A stretch of 63,873 bases of DNA, the filler included, from Octopus bimaculoides (lineage: Eukaryota): the NCBI RefSeq assembly GCF_001194135.2. It is 6 parts of 4 records of this genome, joined end to end, with 100 filler letters (N's around TTAATTAATTAA, not from the genome) between each part and the next. Parts side by side here need not be neighbours in the genome. Positions count along the whole stretch, not along the records: positions 36,736 to 59,225 come from NC_068984.1; 5 more parts are not named here. One strand, 5' to 3'. Below, one piece after another: positions 39,546-51,740 of the stretch; within the stretch, counting starts at the first letter, position 1; each line of letters opens with the position of its first letter. Both the position numbers and the translations under genes were made by a program. Below the pieces are notes generated by a model. The model was not told the DNA's origin and made no database searches. It saw nothing but the letters and a program-made list of their open reading frames with translations.

Positions 39546-40893
39546 CAGTCTTGCTGACTTTGGACTCCTCTCCACTGAATTATTGTACATCAGCTTGTTT
39601 AAGTACGATTTCTACAGTCAAAGGAGACAACTTTAATTTTCTTTTCTTCTTCCTTTGTCTTCTTATTGCACTTTTTGCATAAACCTTGTTTTTTTCTCGT
39701 GGTTTCTTATATGTACCAGTGTCCTGATTTTCAAAAAGGACAAACCATGTGCCCAGAGCTTGAGGATTGATTGGAGACACAAAACATGTTATAAAAATCT
39801 GCCTTATCATGTGTCTCAATGGCAAGAAACTATTAGTAGTTCTTATTTTAATACAGTGTACATTAAATGATATTTATCTCTCACCAGATGGAGTACTTTT
39901 TTGTTAATCTTTCTGTGTGTTAATCATTCTGTGTGTTTGTGTGTTAACAATAATTATAACAATAGAGAATAGGGAGACTGGCACATCCCCAAAATTTATT
40001 TCCTTTTATTTTACAATTTCATACAGCATATTTTTATGGTTATGATGACCTACACATGTTTCCACTGCACAGAGCATGGGCAGTTGCACATGCAACTGGG
40101 CATAATTTTCTGTGCAGATTCATTCAGGGTCTTTCAACCAGCTAGGCTTGAAGTGAACTGAATACAGTTAGTTGTTTGTTGGTTAGGGTTCAGTGGGGAG
40201 TAAAGGGAAGTTGTTTTGAATCTGAAATCTGATCTCTATGTAAGCTTGTGTGTTTGACCTCAGTTTTATACCAGTTGCTGGCTGAAGTCAAAGTTTATGT
40301 TACTGTTTTGGCAGGTTTATTTGTGTATTGTAGTTGATAGGTACTTAATAATCTTACTTTCAAGTATAGTTCTTGTAATGTACTTTATTTTAGGGTGATT
40401 CAGTTCTATGTTATGTTGTTAGTTATTAAGATATCTTTGTAGCTGTGGTGTTTATGCTGGGTAGAGGACATGTCCTAACCATGTGCTTTGTTTTACTGGG
40501 AACCAATATTACTGTTTTGCACTATTTGATAATTGTCTCTTTGAAAACTTTTTCACTGTTCTTGGTCTGTTAACAGCTAAGCGTTCAGATGAGTAATACT
40601 GGCATTGATGTAGTGACTTTTGAAATTTTGTCTAGGTAAATCTAGCCGAAGAGAACTAATCAAATTTACATTAACAAATGTAATTTGGAAAGTTCGAAAC
40701 ATAGGTCCTAGATTATCCACATCTGGGTTGTACATTTATTTAATGTTCTTCCTACAGGTAAGATGAAATATTTTATGTCTGCCACCCACAAACATCTTTG
40801 CCAGTATATTTATACAGTGAAGCTTTACTATAGTGTCGTATATTATCAGCTGCTATTTCCAGTAAATATTGGTGCATTGTTGTACCGCTATCC

Positions 40894-40940
<47 letters not shown>

Positions 40941-42095
40941 TAGTGCATTGTTGTATCACTATCCTATATTTATATATATCTTAATATATAAAGCTGAAGT
41001 TGTGTGTCTGTGTGAAGCCTTTTTAAAAGTTTATAGAAATCCACATTTTCCACTTTTTCATAAAAATTTTTACATCAATGGAATTTTCTGGATGTGAACT
41101 TTCCAGTGCAGTAATTAGATTTTTTAAATTCCATTTACTTTGTGTGATTTAAGGGAGATTTGGCTGTTGTTTCTAGCAACTTTTATATTTCTTCCCTTCT
41201 ACCTGGACCGGCGTTCTTACACACGCGCTCAACAAAATATAGAGAGTAAGAGTAAAAAAGGGAGAGAAAGAGAGAGAGAGAATGTGATACATACAAAGTC
41301 ATAGATTAAACTTTCCTCTCAGTATTCTTTACCTATTTTTCATAACATTGTTACGTAAAAACACACACAACCACACATACGTGATCTGTGACAAGAACAT
41401 ACACATTGCTCTCATTCTCTATTCATTTCTTCCCCTCTTCCTCTCTCGCTCTCTCAAACGCATACACGTGCAAGTAAACACACTCATTCACAAAAATATA
41501 ACTCATGTTCATCAATGTGGCATAACTACAGAGTTGTACCCACCGACTTTGGAAGGTCATAACTTTCAGAAAAATGAATATTTTTTAATGAAATTTTCTA
41601 TGCATATATTATTTATTATGTAGATTATGAATATACAAAAAATTTCGGTGAAAGTGTTTTGGGAGGGGGTGGGGGTGGGGCCAATTTTCTGAAATTCTAC
41701 AAATTCCTCTTGACTTCCGGGAAAATGAATATTTTTTCGTCAAATTTTCTACAAATATACCTTGATGTATGTACATTTCAAGCATATAGCAATTTTGAAG
41801 GAAACAACTGCAGGTTATTTTTGAGAAGTGTTCCCCACTCGGTGGTGTTTTGGAGCAAGTTGTCCATATTTGTTTCATTTTTCTCTATTATGTGCTTATG
41901 TGCATCCGTAGATTTTTAATGAAGTAATAGGCAGTGAAGAGAAGCCATCATAAGAAAACTTTTAACTACCTCTATTTCTTTCTCCCCCCTCTCTCTACCT
42001 CATCTTTTCTCGCTCTCTCAAACGCATACATGTGCAAGTACACAATCATTCAGTAAAATATAACTCGTGTTTCGTAAATATACCACGATTTTCAC

Positions 42096-42252
42096 TAGGG
42101 TGTTAGGGTTAGGGTTTTAGGGTCAGGGTTAGGGTTTAGGATTAGGGTTTAGGGTTACGGTTAGGATTAGGATTAGTGTTACGGTTATGGTTTTAGGGTT
42201 AGGGTTAGGGTTTAGGGTTAGTGTTAGGGTTAGTGTTAGGATTAGGGTTGGG
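42096..42252 (+). repeat. Degenerate interstitial (TTAGGG)n telomere-like tract
   Basis: Directly visible array with variants TTTAGGG, TTAGTG, TTACGG and TTAGGA. Confidence 0.88.
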
Positions 42253-43616
42253 TAATCGTACGGGTGTTAATCTGAAAAATTACAGATATGTGAAAAGTAC
42301 CGACCCTGCCATCTATTATAACTTTTGTTGTTCTGTTTAATATATACATAGATTATGCCTTCAAAGAAGAGAGTTTACTGGGGAAAGAAAGCAACCGGTT
42401 TAAAATGACAGCAATAGACTGCAGCAATTCACCACATTCCAGAAGCTCCTTTGAACATAATGCAAAATGGTGCATCAACATCTTCTGCCCAATCTGATAG
42501 AACTCTGGCAAGACTGTATANNNNNNNNNNNNNNNNNNNNNNNNNNNNNNNNNNNNNNNNNNNNNNNNNNNNNNNNNNNNNNNNNNNNNNNNNNNNNNNN
42601 NNNNNNNNNNNNNNNNNNNNNNNNNNNNNNNNNNNNNNNNNNNNNNNNNNNNNNNNNNNNNNNNNNNNNNNNNNNNNNNNNNNNNNNNNNNNNNNNNNNN
42701 NNNNNNNNNNNNNNNNNNNNNNNNNNNNNNNNNNNNNNNNNNNNNNNNNNNNNNNNNNNNNNNNNNNNNNNNNNNNNNNNNNNNNNNNNNNNNNNNNNNN
42801 NNNNNNNNNNNNNNNNNNNNNNNNNNNNNNNNNNNNNNNNNNNNNNNNNNNNNNNNNNNNNNNNNNNNNNNNNNNNNNNNNNNNNNNNNNNNNNNNNNNN
42901 NNNNNNNNNNNNNNNNNNNNNNNNNNNNNNNNNNNNNNNNNNNNNNNNNNNNNNNNNNNNNNNNNNNNNNNNNNNNNNNNNNNNNNNNNNNNNNNNNNNN
43001 NNNNNNNNNNNNNNNNNNNNNNNNNNNNNNNNNNNNNNNNNNNNNNNNNNNNNNNNNNNNNNNNNNNNNNNNNNNNNNNNNNNNNNNNNNNNNNNNNNNN
43101 NNNNNNNNNNNNNNNNNNNNNNNNNNNNNNNNNNNNNNNNNNNNNNNNNNNNNNNNNNNNNNNNNNNNNNNNNNNNNNNNNNNNNNNNNNNNNNNNNNNN
43201 NNNNNNNNNNNNNNNNNNNNNNNNNNNNNNNNNNNNNNNNNNNNNNNNNNNNNNNNNNNNNNNNNNNNNNNNNNNNNNNNNNNNNNNNNNNNNNNNNNNN
43301 NNNNNNNNNNNNNNNNNNNNNNNNNNNNNNNNNNNNNNNNNNNNNNNNNNNNNNNNNNNNNNNNNNNNNNNNNNNNNNNNNNNNNNNNNNNNNNNNNNNN
43401 NNNNNNNNNNNNNNNNNNNNNNNNNNNNNNNNNNNNNNNNNNNNNNNNNNNNNNNNNNNNNNNNNNNNNNNNNNNNNNNNNNNNNNNNNNNNNNNNNNNN
43501 NNNNNNNNNNNNNTTTAAATATATTTTTTTACACCAAAAATTTAGCAAAAGAATATAATATCTGTTAACAATCTTAGCAAAAAACTCACAGTTGAGTTTT
43601 TGTATATATATATATA

Positions 43617-43676
43617 TATATATATCAACTTTAAATAGAGCTCAAAACTGATCCGTTGAAAATACTTTATTACAAC

Positions 43677-43729
<53 letters not shown>

Positions 43730-44074
43730 AATTGACCTATGTACATTTCGATGGAACATCCAGAATGATTAATACATATAAAATATTATAAAATATTATA
43801 AAATATAGGAGACTCCATCTCCTCAGGGTCCCATTATTATTGCTATCATTATTATTATTATTATTAGTAATACACACCCTGAGGAGATGGAGTATCCTAT
43901 ATTTTATATTTTATATTTTATAATATTTTATAATATTTTATAATATGTATTAATCATTCTGGATGTTCCATCGAAATGTACATAGGTCAATTTCATTATT
44001 ATTATTATTATTGTTGTTGTAATAAAGTATTTTCAACGGATCAGTTTTGAGCTCTATTTAAAGTTGATATATAT
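43617..44074. repeat. Long inverted repeat with ~200-bp arms and a 48-bp spacer
   Basis: 43621-43828 pairs with 43877-44070. The arms differ in (AAT)n length, in AT-rich unit number and at one substitution. Confidence 0.9.
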
Positions 44075-44206
44075 GTATATATATGCATATATAGGTAAAT
44101 GATAGGATTGCTTCAATATTTCAGTGGTAGTCTGAAGTATCTAGGCAACCAGGGGATATTTAAATCCGAAGGCACTCCTGGAAATTACTTGTGTGGGTAC
44201 CGTCTT

Positions 44207-44490
44207 CGTTAGAAGGTATCCAGAGGCAGGTAATTTATTGTTTAAACTGCAGTTTATAATTATAATTATGTGGAGAATGGAGAAACAAACACGAGAAGAA
44301 GCAAGTCAACTGGGCTAGTTAGCCATTGATTTAATTATGTGGAGATTATAATCTCCACATAATTAAATCAATGGCTAACTAGCCCAGTTGACTTGCTTCT
44401 TCTCGTGTTTGTTTCTCCATTCTCCACATAATTATAATTATAAACTGCAGTTTAAACAATAAATTACCTGCCTCTGGATACCTTCTAACG
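44207..44490. repeat. Perfect 284-bp palindrome ending at a gap (probable assembly artefact)
   Basis: Centre between 44348 and 44349, no spacer, and no mismatch seen. Confidence 0.85.
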
Positions 44491-44555
44491 NNNNNNNNNN
44501 NNNNNNNNNNNNNNNNNNNNNNNNNNNNNNNNNNNNNNNNNNNNNNNNNNNNNNN

Positions 44556-44595
<40 letters not shown>

Positions 44596-45013
44596 AGGCT
44601 GTAAATATTTTTATGGTATAAGCTAACATTTCTGCCTTTTGTTTTTTTGCTGATAGCTTGTAGTTCATTTAACCTTCAGTAGATAAGTTAGCTAATGTGG
44701 TGTTGTATTGCTTTCAAATTTGGTGTTCATGACAAAAATTAACTCCAAAAATGTGAATAATTATAAATTGACTTTTAAGATTGGGATAGACCTTTGTTGA
44801 GCAGGAATCACACTCTGGGTGATCATGTTAATGATTATACTACATAGAACCTACCATTTTCCTTTATCAAATTGGATTAGAAAACTAACACTTCTGCCTC
44901 CAAAGAGATTATTTTAGAGAACAATGAAAAAAAATAATGAGAAGAATGGACTGTGAATCACAAAATATGTAATGTTTTATTATTCCTACCTGAAGCCTTT
45001 TCTCAATTTGCAG

Positions 45014-45071
45014 GTGCTGAAACTTTGGTGCAGACAAAACGTCTTTCAGACAGAATTAATATTCTAGAAAA
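45014..45071 (+). CDS. NEK4: NEK4-like Ser/Thr kinase, antepenultimate coding exon
   Basis: tttgcAG acceptor and GTAAGT donor; 58 bp, phase 1 to phase 2; encodes (G)AETLVQTKRLSDRINILE(K). Confidence 0.75.
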
Positions 45072-45966
45072 GTAAGTTTTGTAATAACCCTTCTATTTGT
45101 TGCTTACTCTTAAAAATATGTTGAGTATAGAAGTCATAGAGTACAATACCTATGTGTTGTAATACTTTACAGTATACAACCAAATTAATAGAGACTCAAA
45201 TGCTATGTCTTGTAGTATTTCATTGCACCTCTTTACATTCTGAGTTCAAATTCTGCTGGATTCAACTTTTCATTTCATTGTTTTAAGGTCAATAGTCTGC
45301 ATTGATTAAATCAGCTTCCAAGAAATGGGTAGCCTAGCCTATGTTAGAAATTTGTATTATGTTATGTCCTTTTACTTTCTGACATTGATTCCTGCTGAGG
45401 TGATTTTTTCTTTTCATCCTCCATATGATCAACTGTACTATTCCTTGAAAAATTGTTGCCTGTGTTACAAATCAATATTTACAATTACACTGTGCATTGT
45501 AGATATAAATATTAGAAAATGTTACATCTTTTATGATAAAGTCATAACAGTAACAAAAATAGCTCTTATTAGCAGTTATTTTAGATACATGCATACATAC
45601 AGACACATACATATACCAAATTACAGACATAGACACACACATACATATACTAAATTCTATCCATAAGACATTAGTTGACTCAAGGCTGTAGTAGACAGTA
45701 GAAGACACAAGAGTTCCATACAGTAGGGTTTGGCTCAGAACCACATTGCAAAATGAATTTCTTAATCACACAACCAAACCTATGCCCTTAGTTTAGGAAT
45801 ATAAATTTCTAGTTTCCAGTCTAGTTTAGTATCATGATGATTGGCAGTCAAACCAATGAAAACATGCTATATATGTAAGTATTAAAATATGTTTTATCTT
45901 CAAAGATGAGGCTAATAATTTTAAAAATTTAATCTTGTTTTATTCTCATTATTCTTATTTCTCCAG

Positions 45967-46048
45967 GAATTGTGAAAGTGGAGTTGGAAAACAGATTCTT
46001 CAACAAGCTATTGATATACTTGATAAATTTGAAGAAGAAGATATTAAG
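45967..46048 (+). CDS. NEK4: NEK4-like kinase, penultimate coding exon
   Basis: ttctccAG acceptor and GTCAGT donor; 82 bp, phase compatible with both neighbours. Encodes NCESGVGKQILQQAIDILDKFEEEDIK, similar to the recalled vertebrate NEK4 tail DVIRGLGVQLLEQVYDLLEEEDE. Confidence 0.78.
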
Positions 46049-46214
46049 GTCAGTTTCACATATTAATTTTGATATTTTAAACTTTTCCTTTAGCTGATGC
46101 AATGACAAGTTTTTGGTAATACACAACCTGTCTCAGGCTTCAGTAAAATAGTTATATTATTTTGTTTATCATAAAAGAAACTGTGTTTCTTTTATATGAG
46201 TATATTATGACACC

Positions 46215-49190
46215 CTTTTGCAGGCTACCTCATTGACAAATGACAGTGACCTTCTAATTGTAACTGATGATTCAATGGGCATGTTGGGCAACATACGGGT
46301 GACTTCCATGGTATGCATGATGGTAACAGATTTGGTTCCCATAATGAGGAGAGAACCAGGCTGCTGAAGACTTGTGATGCAAATGACCTTATGATCTACA
46401 ATACTAACTTCAGAAAATCTGCCAGTCGCCTGTTCACCTTTCAATCTAGTGAGCACGCTAGGCAGATTGACTACATTCTTGCCAGAAAATGGGAAAGATG
46501 GCTGCTTTCCCTGTCTTTATATCCTTAATTGCTTTTTCTACCAAGCTATGCCCCTGGCCCATCAGGAATCACCACTGAAATGCATAAACTTTCCCAGGTA
46601 AAGAATGCACCCCTCAACATAAGTTAGTGACCTTAGAAACAAGGCTAAAAGACTACCGAGAAGATAATCAGTGTGAAAAAGAACGGTCTGGAAGCTTAAG
46701 GATTCTCTGAATGGTCAGAGATTTAGAGATATGTTACTTGAAGCATTTGACAAAAAAGAGGAAGATATAGTGACATATAACATGGAGGACAACTGGAGGT
46801 TCCTACAGGACAACCTATTGAGGGACACTGACTAAATTTGTAGCTGTTGCAAAGTCCCTTCTCGAACTAAAGTGATATGGTGATGGAATAGTGTAGCTGA
46901 CAAGGGCATTAGAAAAAAGAAACAGGTCTAGAAAGAGTGGAAGTGTGATGGTAGTAGGGAACTGTATCAGATAGCCAGAAGGGAGACTAGGAGACAGGTA
47001 TATTTAGCCAGGGGAGAAGCAGAAAAGAAGTTTGCCAATGTTCTGTGGCATGAGGACCAGAGACTTGAAGTGCTTCAGATTGCAAGACAGTGTTTAAGAG
47101 AAAATCACGTTATGGGAGAGAAATGTGTCTACGTGGATGATGGTTCACTTGCATTTAATGATTCTGCAAAGGGAGAAGCTTGGAAATGCCATTATAAAAG
47201 GCTGCTAAATGTAGAGAATACATGGGGGAAGAAGAGTCTGCCAAATGTAGACCCAACTGAGGGACCAGCTATCCAAATCAACAATAGCTTGGTAGATAAA
47301 GCAATTAAGGATATAAAGACAGGGAAAGTCCCTGGCCCATCGGGAATCACCACTGAAATGCATAAAATATCTGACAGAGTAGAATATGACCTACTCACCT
47401 GTATAGTTAATCAGATTGTCCATGAGGGAGTCATACCCAACAATTGATGTAGCAGCTTTATAGTCAGCTGTTACAAAAGCAAAGATGATGCCTTAGACAG
47501 AAATAATTACAGAAGTATGAAATTGCTGGACCCATTGACGAAAGTTACTGAAAGGGTCATAGCTCAATTGAATACGAAGAGAGTGAGTGTAGATGAGATG
47601 CAGTTTGGATTTGGGCCAGGTAGGAGTACGGCTGATGCTATATTCCTGGTTAGGCAACTGCTGGAGAAGTATTTAGCCAAAAATAAACCTCCCTATTTGA
47701 CTTTTGTTGACATAGCAAAAGTTTTTGACAGGGTCCCCTGCTCCCTTACCTGGTGGTCAATGTGGAAGCTAGGGATAGATGAGTGGTTAGCGAGAGCTGT
47801 ACAAGCCAAGTACAGGGACGCTGCCAGTAAGGTGAAGGTTGGCAACAAGTATAGCAATGAATTCAATGTACAAGTAGGAATTCACCAAAGTTCAGTTTTC
47901 AGCTCCCTCTTATTTATTTTAGTCCTCCAGGCCTTAACAGATGAATTCAAGACCAGCTGCCCGTGGGGGCTCCTCTATGCTGATGACCTTGTTCTTGTAG
48001 CTGAATCACTACCTGACCTAGAGAAGAAATTTCAGGTGTGGAAGCAAGACCTGAAATCTAAGGGTCTTACAGTTAATTTAGCAGAAACCAAAGTCCTAGT
48101 AAACAGACATATCACAAGTCCCTTCAGGGAGATGGCCCTGCTTGACATGTAAGAATGGTGTGGATAAAAACTCCACGCATTGTACCCAGTGCAAGCTTTG
48201 GACACATGAGGTGTAACGGTATCACAGGAAGGTTAACAGAGAATATAGTCTTTGTATGTTGCAAATGTGTGGGAACAATAAGCACTAAAAATGCACAGAC
48301 AATAGACTCCCTCAAATGCTTGGGTGGATTATTAGATGTAGTAGATAGCTTTTGTTACCTAGGAGACCAAGTAAGCAGTGGAAGAGGAAGTTCTGAAAGT
48401 ATAATTGCTAGAATAAGAACAGGCTGGGCAAAGTTCAGAGAACTTCAACTTTTTGTTGATAACTAAGGGCCTCTCCCTCAGAATGAAAGGCAGATTGTAT
48501 GATGCCTGTGTACATACAGCCATTTTACATTGCAGTGAAACATGAGCTTTGACTACAGAGGACTTGTGAAGAAATGAAGCTAGTATGCTCCACTGGATAG
48601 GTAATGTCAGTGTGCCTGCACAACAGAATGTAAATGATTTAAGAGGAAAATTGGGAATAAGCAGCATCAGATGTACAAGAGAGAAGACTGCACTAGTTTG
48701 GTCATGTGATGCGTATGGATGAGGACAGCTACATAAAGAAGTGCTAAGCACTAATTGAGGAGGAAATATAAGGAAGTGGTAGATCCAGGAAGACATGAGA
48801 TGAAATAGTGAGAAAGGATCTTCAGATGCTGGGCCTTACTGAGGAAATGACAAGGGATCAAGAGTTGTGATGATTTGCTATACTTGAGAAGATGCATCAA
48901 GCTAAGTAAAATCAGTCATCCATACATACAGGCTTGTCCTTTGCAGGTGCCAGTGCTACATAGAATGTACTTGTGCTGGTGCTGCACAAACACACTTATG
49001 TTGGTGGAATGTAAAAAGATCTTAGCACACTCTGTAAAGTAGTTGGCACTCAGCCATAGAAACTAGGCGACAACAGACAATTGGAGTCTGGATAACTCCC
49101 CAGCTGACCAACTCCGTGTCAAACCATCCATCCCATGCCAGCATGGAAAACAGACGTTAAACAATGATGATAATGATTATGATGATACTC
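46215..49190 (+). mobile_element. RTE-clade LINE, 5'-truncated, with stops and frameshifts
   Basis: APE remnants (NTNFRK...QIDYIL) and RT in ORF 47517-48152 (QFGFGPGRSTADAIFLVRQLLEKY...FVDIAKVFDRVP...LLYADDLVLVAE). The 3' UTR ends CCAGCATGGAAAACAGACGTTAAA followed by a (GAT)-like tail. Confidence 0.93.
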
Positions 49191-49384
49191 TGGGTTGAGT
49201 ACTTCCGTTTTGTCCTTTTGTTTTCCACTATTTATTGAAAAGCATTTCTTCGAAGATTTGAATAAAGCTTTGTAACTTCATTTAAAAAACTTCTCTGCAT
49301 TAAAGTTCAATGGTTGTCAAAAGGATCATGCTTGAAACTCTTTTTCCAGCTGTACAACATTGTTATTGAATTTTAAATTTTTGC

Positions 49385-51095
49385 TTATAAATCATAATGA
49401 TCAATTAGTAAAAAAACATTAGCTTTATTCATAGAGATGAGGCTGATATTTATGGCAAAATGAGTTAAATTGATCCCTTTTAGTAGAGTTTTCATGCAGT
49501 TCTGAAATATGTCACTCGAATTCTTAAGGCCCATTTGAAGTCTGTTAACCAGGTAGAAACCATTGGTTGTATTAATAGTGCAAATCCACCTTGCTTCCTC
49601 TACTATAGCTATTTGCCAATGTGCATGTTTTAAATCGTGAGTAGAGAAAAATTTTGCACCTGACATACTAGAGAAGATTGATGTCGATTGATGGTATGGG
49701 AAAAAAATGGGTGTCAATATGTGCATTTAAATGAGCCTTGTAATCAACACACATGTGAAGAGATCCATCTTTTTTTCTCGGCAATACCACAGGTAAGGCA
49801 CATCTGACTCCAGAGTAATCCAATGGTATGATGATACCCATCGTTTCCAACCTCTTTAACTCATCTTTCACTTCTTCTTCCAAATGTACTGGAATGCCTC
49901 TCACTGAACTCATCATGCTATAACTCGCATCAGCGCAATTAACTTTTAGCCTCTCAGAACACATCCATGTTTAAATTGAAACAAAACAAGCTGTCTTTAA
50001 TATCTTTTTCAATCAGCCCAAAAGAGAATGGGCTGTCTACCACAGTAAATTTACATGACTCATCGGTGTTGTTGAGTTTAAATGTCACTCGAATTGATCC
50101 AGCAACCTTTAGATCTGAACCATCAAAAGTGGTTAATCTATTGTGGCATGATTCAATTGGGATACCTAACTGTGAAGCAAATGATAACAGGACTATCGAA
50201 CAAGCTGCCCCAGTATCCACTTTCATATCTATGCTTCTGTTATTTATAAAACACTTGCAAAAACCCATGTTGTCTGCATCCTCATTGTTGTTCATGTTTA
50301 GCAACTGTTGACAAATCCAGTTTCACTTGGTGATACATTTATGTTATCCACATGCCAATCATTTTTAGATAGGCAAAATTTTGCAAAATGCCCTAATTTG
50401 CCACACTTGTTACAATTTTTTACATATGCTAGACACACACGAGCTTTGTGTGTACACCCACAATTTCGACATTTCACTACAACGTCATGACTGCAGGTAT
50501 TCTTGTGGACATTAAAGTTTGTTATTGTTTGTCGACTACTTGCAAACAGTGTTTCCAATTCTATGGTGGATGCGAGAACAGCTATTTCAGTGTAATCCAT
50601 TTCCAGTGTAATCCCAAATTTTTAACTTTATCTCTGCAAACAACAATCCCGCGATGAAAATGAGTTTCATGATTTCCTCTTCTGGATTTTCGTTCAACCT
50701 ATTCAAATGATAGAAGGAATCTTGAGAATTAATCCTAAGAAGAAAGTCAATTAACTGTCTCTCCTTCAGCTTTATTAGTTGTTGCAACTCATTCATTATT
50801 TGTTGATATGTTGCATTCTGAAGAGTTACCAGGAAAAGCACATCTTTTAACATCATTATGGCTTCAACTCCACAGGTATAAAGAAATGTTGGCTTCTTTT
50901 TGACATCATCAACATCGTCACATTCAGCTTTTACTTCAAACTGTATCAGCCAGGCATTAGCTTCTTCCAAGTTGTTCAAGTTTAAATGTTTTCCGAATGT
51001 CATCCTCATCACCATATGTTGTGCTTCACTCTTATAGGAAATATGTTGAATATTCATAACTGCAAGATTACACAGCTCACTTCCGAGGGCCATGC
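49385..51095 (-). mobile_element. Ty3/Gypsy LTR retrotransposon internal region, 3'-truncated (gag, protease, partial RT)
   Basis: Gag-like ORF 50587-51093; knuckle CNKCGKLGHFAKFC; aspartic protease VDTGAACSI; RT RKKDGSLHMCVDYK and FSTHDLKHAHWQI...RLQMGLKNSSDIFQ. No YxDD, RNase H or integrase. Confidence 0.9.
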
Positions 51096-51162
51096 TATAT
51101 AGTTCCTAGTATTAAGTTCCACATTAAGTTGACAGCATACAACTACTTCATCGTATCACTAC

Positions 51163-51493
51163 TGTATAAATCTCTCAGAGAGATTTAGAAATGTATTATT
51201 TCTAAATTTGAAATCAGTGAATGTATTTCACCAGAATTATTATATGTTCACAAGAGCTTGACAGGCATCTTAGACTAGCAGGTCATGCTACTCCAGACTG
51301 ATGACAAGCAAAGACTCAGAAACATGTCTCTGGATGCAGGCTTAGCTGGGTGGAGGTGCTTGTCTCCTCCTTGTAAACATAAGGACACAAGAAATGTGTC
51401 AAGGCTGACAGGGAGCGGTGCAGCTTCCTAGGTCTAACCAACAGTAGTATTATTCCCTTCAGGGGACTGTCACATTAAATTGACAGTATAACA
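51163..51493 (-). mobile_element. Putative 5' LTR of the Gypsy element
   Basis: TG...CA-bounded 331-bp segment just upstream of gag with imperfect terminal inverted nucleotides. There is no second LTR to confirm it and the PBS is unclear. Confidence 0.35.
51292..51334 (+). ncRNA. Minimal type-I hammerhead-like motif with degenerate stem II
   Basis: TCCAGA-CTGATGA-caagcaaagactca-GAAA-CATG-TC-TCTGGA. Stem I is a perfect 6 bp, the core is canonical, stem III is the palindrome ACATGT, and the triplet is GUC. Confidence 0.55.
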
Positions 51494-51509
51494 ACTACTA
51501 TTAGAGATT

Positions 51510-51740
51510 CTCTCCCTCTTTACTCTTTTACTTGTTTCAGTCATTTGACTGCGGCTATGCTGGAGCACCACCTTTAGTCGAGCAAATCAACCCCAGGACT
51601 TATTCTTTGTAAGCCTAGTACTTATTCTATCAGTCTCTTTTGCCAAACCGCTAAGTTACGGAGACGTAAACACACCAGCATTGGTTGTCAAGCGATGGTG
51701 AGGGGACAAGCACAGACACACAAACATATACACATATGTA
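51510..51740 (-). mobile_element. SINE family A, 3' half
   Basis: Reverse complement of the tail and body. Confidence 0.82.

Noticed and set aside
39720-39830. Possible degenerate hammerheads after the + Penelope piece
   Set aside because: Core and GAAA are not recoverable with paired stems.
40636-40757. AG...CAG/GTAAG open segment as a NEK4 exon
   Set aside because: Phase is incompatible with exon 45014 and there is no similarity to NEK4.
44207-44490. Perfect 284-bp palindrome as a cruciform or hairpin RNA
   Set aside because: No spacer, no mismatch and it ends exactly at a gap; typical of an assembler turning back on itself.
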